Shown piece by piece: positions 61,361 through 64,000 of a stretch of DNA of 64,000 nt. Each line of letters opens with the position of its first letter. Within the stretch, counting starts at the first letter, position 1. The notes beneath the pieces were generated by a model. The model was not told the origin of the DNA and searched no databases. It saw only the letters and a list, made by a program, of their open reading frames with translations. The stretch lies in assembly GCF_009914755.1 (NCBI RefSeq), contig NC_060941.1; one strand, given 5' to 3'. Made by a program: the position numbers and the translations under genes. This DNA is from the human T2T-CHM13v2.0 reference genome, Homo sapiens.

Positions 61361-61491
61361 GAGGAGAAATCTTCTAAACAAGCCTGTGATTTTTCTACTG
61401 TCATTTCTCCTGGCTTAAAGGAAAAAGTCCCCGCCCAAGAGTTATAAGAGGATATCCCATAGAAAGCCCATCACAAATCAGACTAACTAAC

Positions 61492-61594
61492 CTATCCATG
61501 CTACTTTAGTTCATTCTCGGAATATAAGGTCAACCAAGAGGAAAAGATAAGTACAAAATCCCACATAGAATCCTAAAGCATCATGTTGATGACG
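61492..61594 (-). other. Candidate 103-nt poison exon in SMG6 intron 8
   Basis: T25-GCTGCTTTTTGTTCAG acceptor, TAG|GTTAGT donor, in-frame TGA at 61513-61511. Motif only. Confidence 0.35.
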
Positions 61595-61866
61595 CTGAAC
61601 AAAAAGCAGCAAAAAAAAAAAAAAAAAAAAAAAAATTCTAATCCTACTTTTACTAAATTCTGCAGTGACACATAGTGGTGAGAGAGGGAAGTACATAATA
61701 AAGATAAAGGAAGCGTACATGAGAAGGGAAAAGACCATCAGGGAGCCTCAAGTGGTTTGTCTTCCTTGCAATCAGTGGGAAGTATCTGTGCCTCACAGCT
61801 GTATGAACCAGGGCACCCAGGCTTACTGAGCTAGTTTGGCTCATTGCATCATTCTCAGGAACTTAC

Positions 61867-62079
61867 ATCACTGGGACTCAGGCTGCCCAGCCCATTCTCT
61901 TGCTCAGAATCCTTCCCAGACTCAGTGCCCTGGGAAGACCGTGGATGGGATGGATGAATCCAGATCTCCAGGCGAGTGGTGTCATCTCCAACATGCCGGA
62001 AAGTAGACTTCTTTCCTTTCCGCCACTGGTCAGGGCTCAGGTCAAATTCCTCATGTTGCTTCTTTTCCATCTGTTCTGC
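61867..62079 (-). CDS. SMG6: SMG6 internal coding exon (exon 8), 213 nt, phase 0/0: AEQMEKKQHEEFDLSPDQWRKGKKSTFRHVGDDTTRLEIWIHPSHPRSSQGTESGKDSEQENGLGSLSPSD
   Basis: Acceptor gttatatAG (62081-62080), donor GAT|GTAAGT (61866-61861). In frame with the previous exon; matches ORF 61855..62070 and the recognised SMG6 peptide. Confidence 0.97.
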
Positions 62080-62107
62080 CTATATAACATACAAACACAT
62101 TAGCTCA

Positions 62108-62402
<295 letters not shown>

Positions 62403-62844
62403 CACACATGAGCTCAGACTTTCCTGAGACTCAGCTTACAAAGAGAAAAGCCTCACCTCACCGGTATTTATTTGACAATAAAAATACTGTACCACAGTCC
62501 CAAAGTAGCAGAGTGTCATCTGCTTTGTTTCATATAGTTATTAATTCTGTAGACTGAAGGCTGTAGAGCACGTACATGTACATCCAAGGGCCCCTGAAAG
62601 CTCTCCTGAAGATCACAGTTTTGTTCTGCACAGGGGCTGACCAACTACCCACCAGCACAGTCTGATGGGACCATTTAAGGACACTATGAGTCATTCCCCG
62701 AGGACACACAGACACTGAGCAATAACTGCACCTTGGATAAACCTCACTGGCTACGATCCTGCCGGTGCGCAGAGCTAGGGCACACCAACACTCAGGGAAA
62801 TGCACTATTCGAGGAAGGAAGGGTTCTGCCACATCCCCACTCAC

Positions 62845-62955
62845 CTTCCGCTTGGTCTCTTCAAACAAGCTCATGAGACTCTCCTTGGCAGTCAGGATAG
62901 GGTTGCTGGCAGCTAAACTGCGCATATAGTAATAGACAGCGTCAAGCTTCCTCCT
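62845..62955 (-). CDS. SMG6: SMG6 internal coding exon (exon 7 by recalled numbering), 111 nt, phase 0/0: RRKLDAVYYYMRSLAASNPILTAKESLMSLFEETKRK (end of EST1/14-3-3-like TPR region)
   Basis: Acceptor ctctttccacAG (AG at 62957-62956), donor AAG|GTGAGT (GT at 62844-62843). Peptide recognised as human SMG6/EST1A; overlaps ORF 62530..62925. Confidence 0.97.
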
Positions 62956-64000
62956 CTGTGGAAAGAGGCCAGAGACATTCAGTCAACCAATTCTCGTCCT
63001 AACTCCAGCAAGAGGCAGCTGACTCAGGAAACCCTACTATCTCTCCCAGCCTGTCTCCCAAACTGAGAGGAATCCCAACAACAAAATCAGAAATGCTATC
63101 CACAGGAGAAGCCATTGCAATTACATCACAGATCTCTTCTTGCACAGTATTATATCTTACATGCAGAGGTGCTCCAAGAACCAAGTACTCATAAGGAGAG
63201 AAAGGAATAAACAGGCTCTTAAAATATAAACAGAAATTACATCTTGTTCTTAGAAAAAGCATGATGTTCAATTCACTTTATATTTCCTGTTCTTATCAGA
63301 GAGTCAGTATGCTATAATGAAATCACAAAATTACAAGCCAGACAGACCTTGGTCCAAATACTGGCTAATCCAGGAGTTGACTTGGAAACTTTGGACAAAA
63401 GACTCCAAGATTATTACATTATTATGTAATAATCTTCCTGAGTTCCTATATCCTCAACATTACAATGGGAGTAATAATACCCAATGGAGGAGTATCCTCA
63501 GGTTTACAAAGTGTTGTCCACTGTCTCACACTTAACTGTACTTAATCAATGATGTTGCCATTGTTATTGATAATTTTTTAAAATAAATAAGTAGCTGAGT
63601 TGAACATTTTATGGATATTATTCAAGAAATTCAGCAAGTCTATTTATAAGCAATTAATAGGGAAAAGAAGAAGTAAAGAAAAAGGAAGTGGGTCAGAAAG
63701 AAGGAAAAAGGAAAACATTGAAACAAAGGCAGAAAGAATATCCAAAAGGCTTTCTCACTTTTTCTCCAACTTCATGTACATTTTCAATGTTTTCCATAAC
63801 TGTTTCAAAATACATTTAAAATGCTAGCTTCTCTCTCTCCCCAGCGTCTACCCATTCTTCAAAACTCCTATCTTATATTCACCTGGCATGGCTAGAGGTG
63901 CAGGTTCTAAGGTCAGTGCCTGAGTCTGAATTCGGTCTTGCATTTATTAGGTATGACACAGCACGTTAACCTAGAGAGGTTTCCTTATTTGCAAAATGGA

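Overview
Human (hominoid) genomic DNA lying entirely inside the SMG6/EST1A gene (NMD endonuclease and telomerase-associated factor, chr17p13.3), transcribed on the minus strand. Four internal coding exons are recoverable with canonical AG/GT ends and a continuous frame: 62845-62955, 61867-62079, 23894-23955 and 15743-15888. I call them exons 7-10, numbering from memory. The rest is intron, very dense in repeats: roughly 60 Alu copies or fragments (many nested or inverted), a near-consensus AluY beside a 5'-truncated SVA, an MST/MaLR solo LTR, old L1M/L2/MIR fragments, and hAT/Tigger fossils. Almost all ORFs in the track are Alu- or chance-derived. The most interesting sequence-level signals are non-coding. 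(i) Candidate unproductive-splicing elements that would send SMG6's own mRNA to NMD: a polypyrimidine-UAG|GUAAGG recursive splice site with a stop-containing RS-exon, a U25-driven 103-nt poison exon, a 34-nt frameshifting microexon, inverted Alus bracketing the 62-nt exon, and a (UG)19 tract upstream of a weak acceptor. (ii) A candidate internal promoter/first exon for an N-truncated isoform. (iii) Fresh DNA-level copying scars: a 192-bp templated duplication, a template-switch hairpin and a 26-bp tandem duplication. All splice and regulatory candidates are motif-level predictions and are untested.
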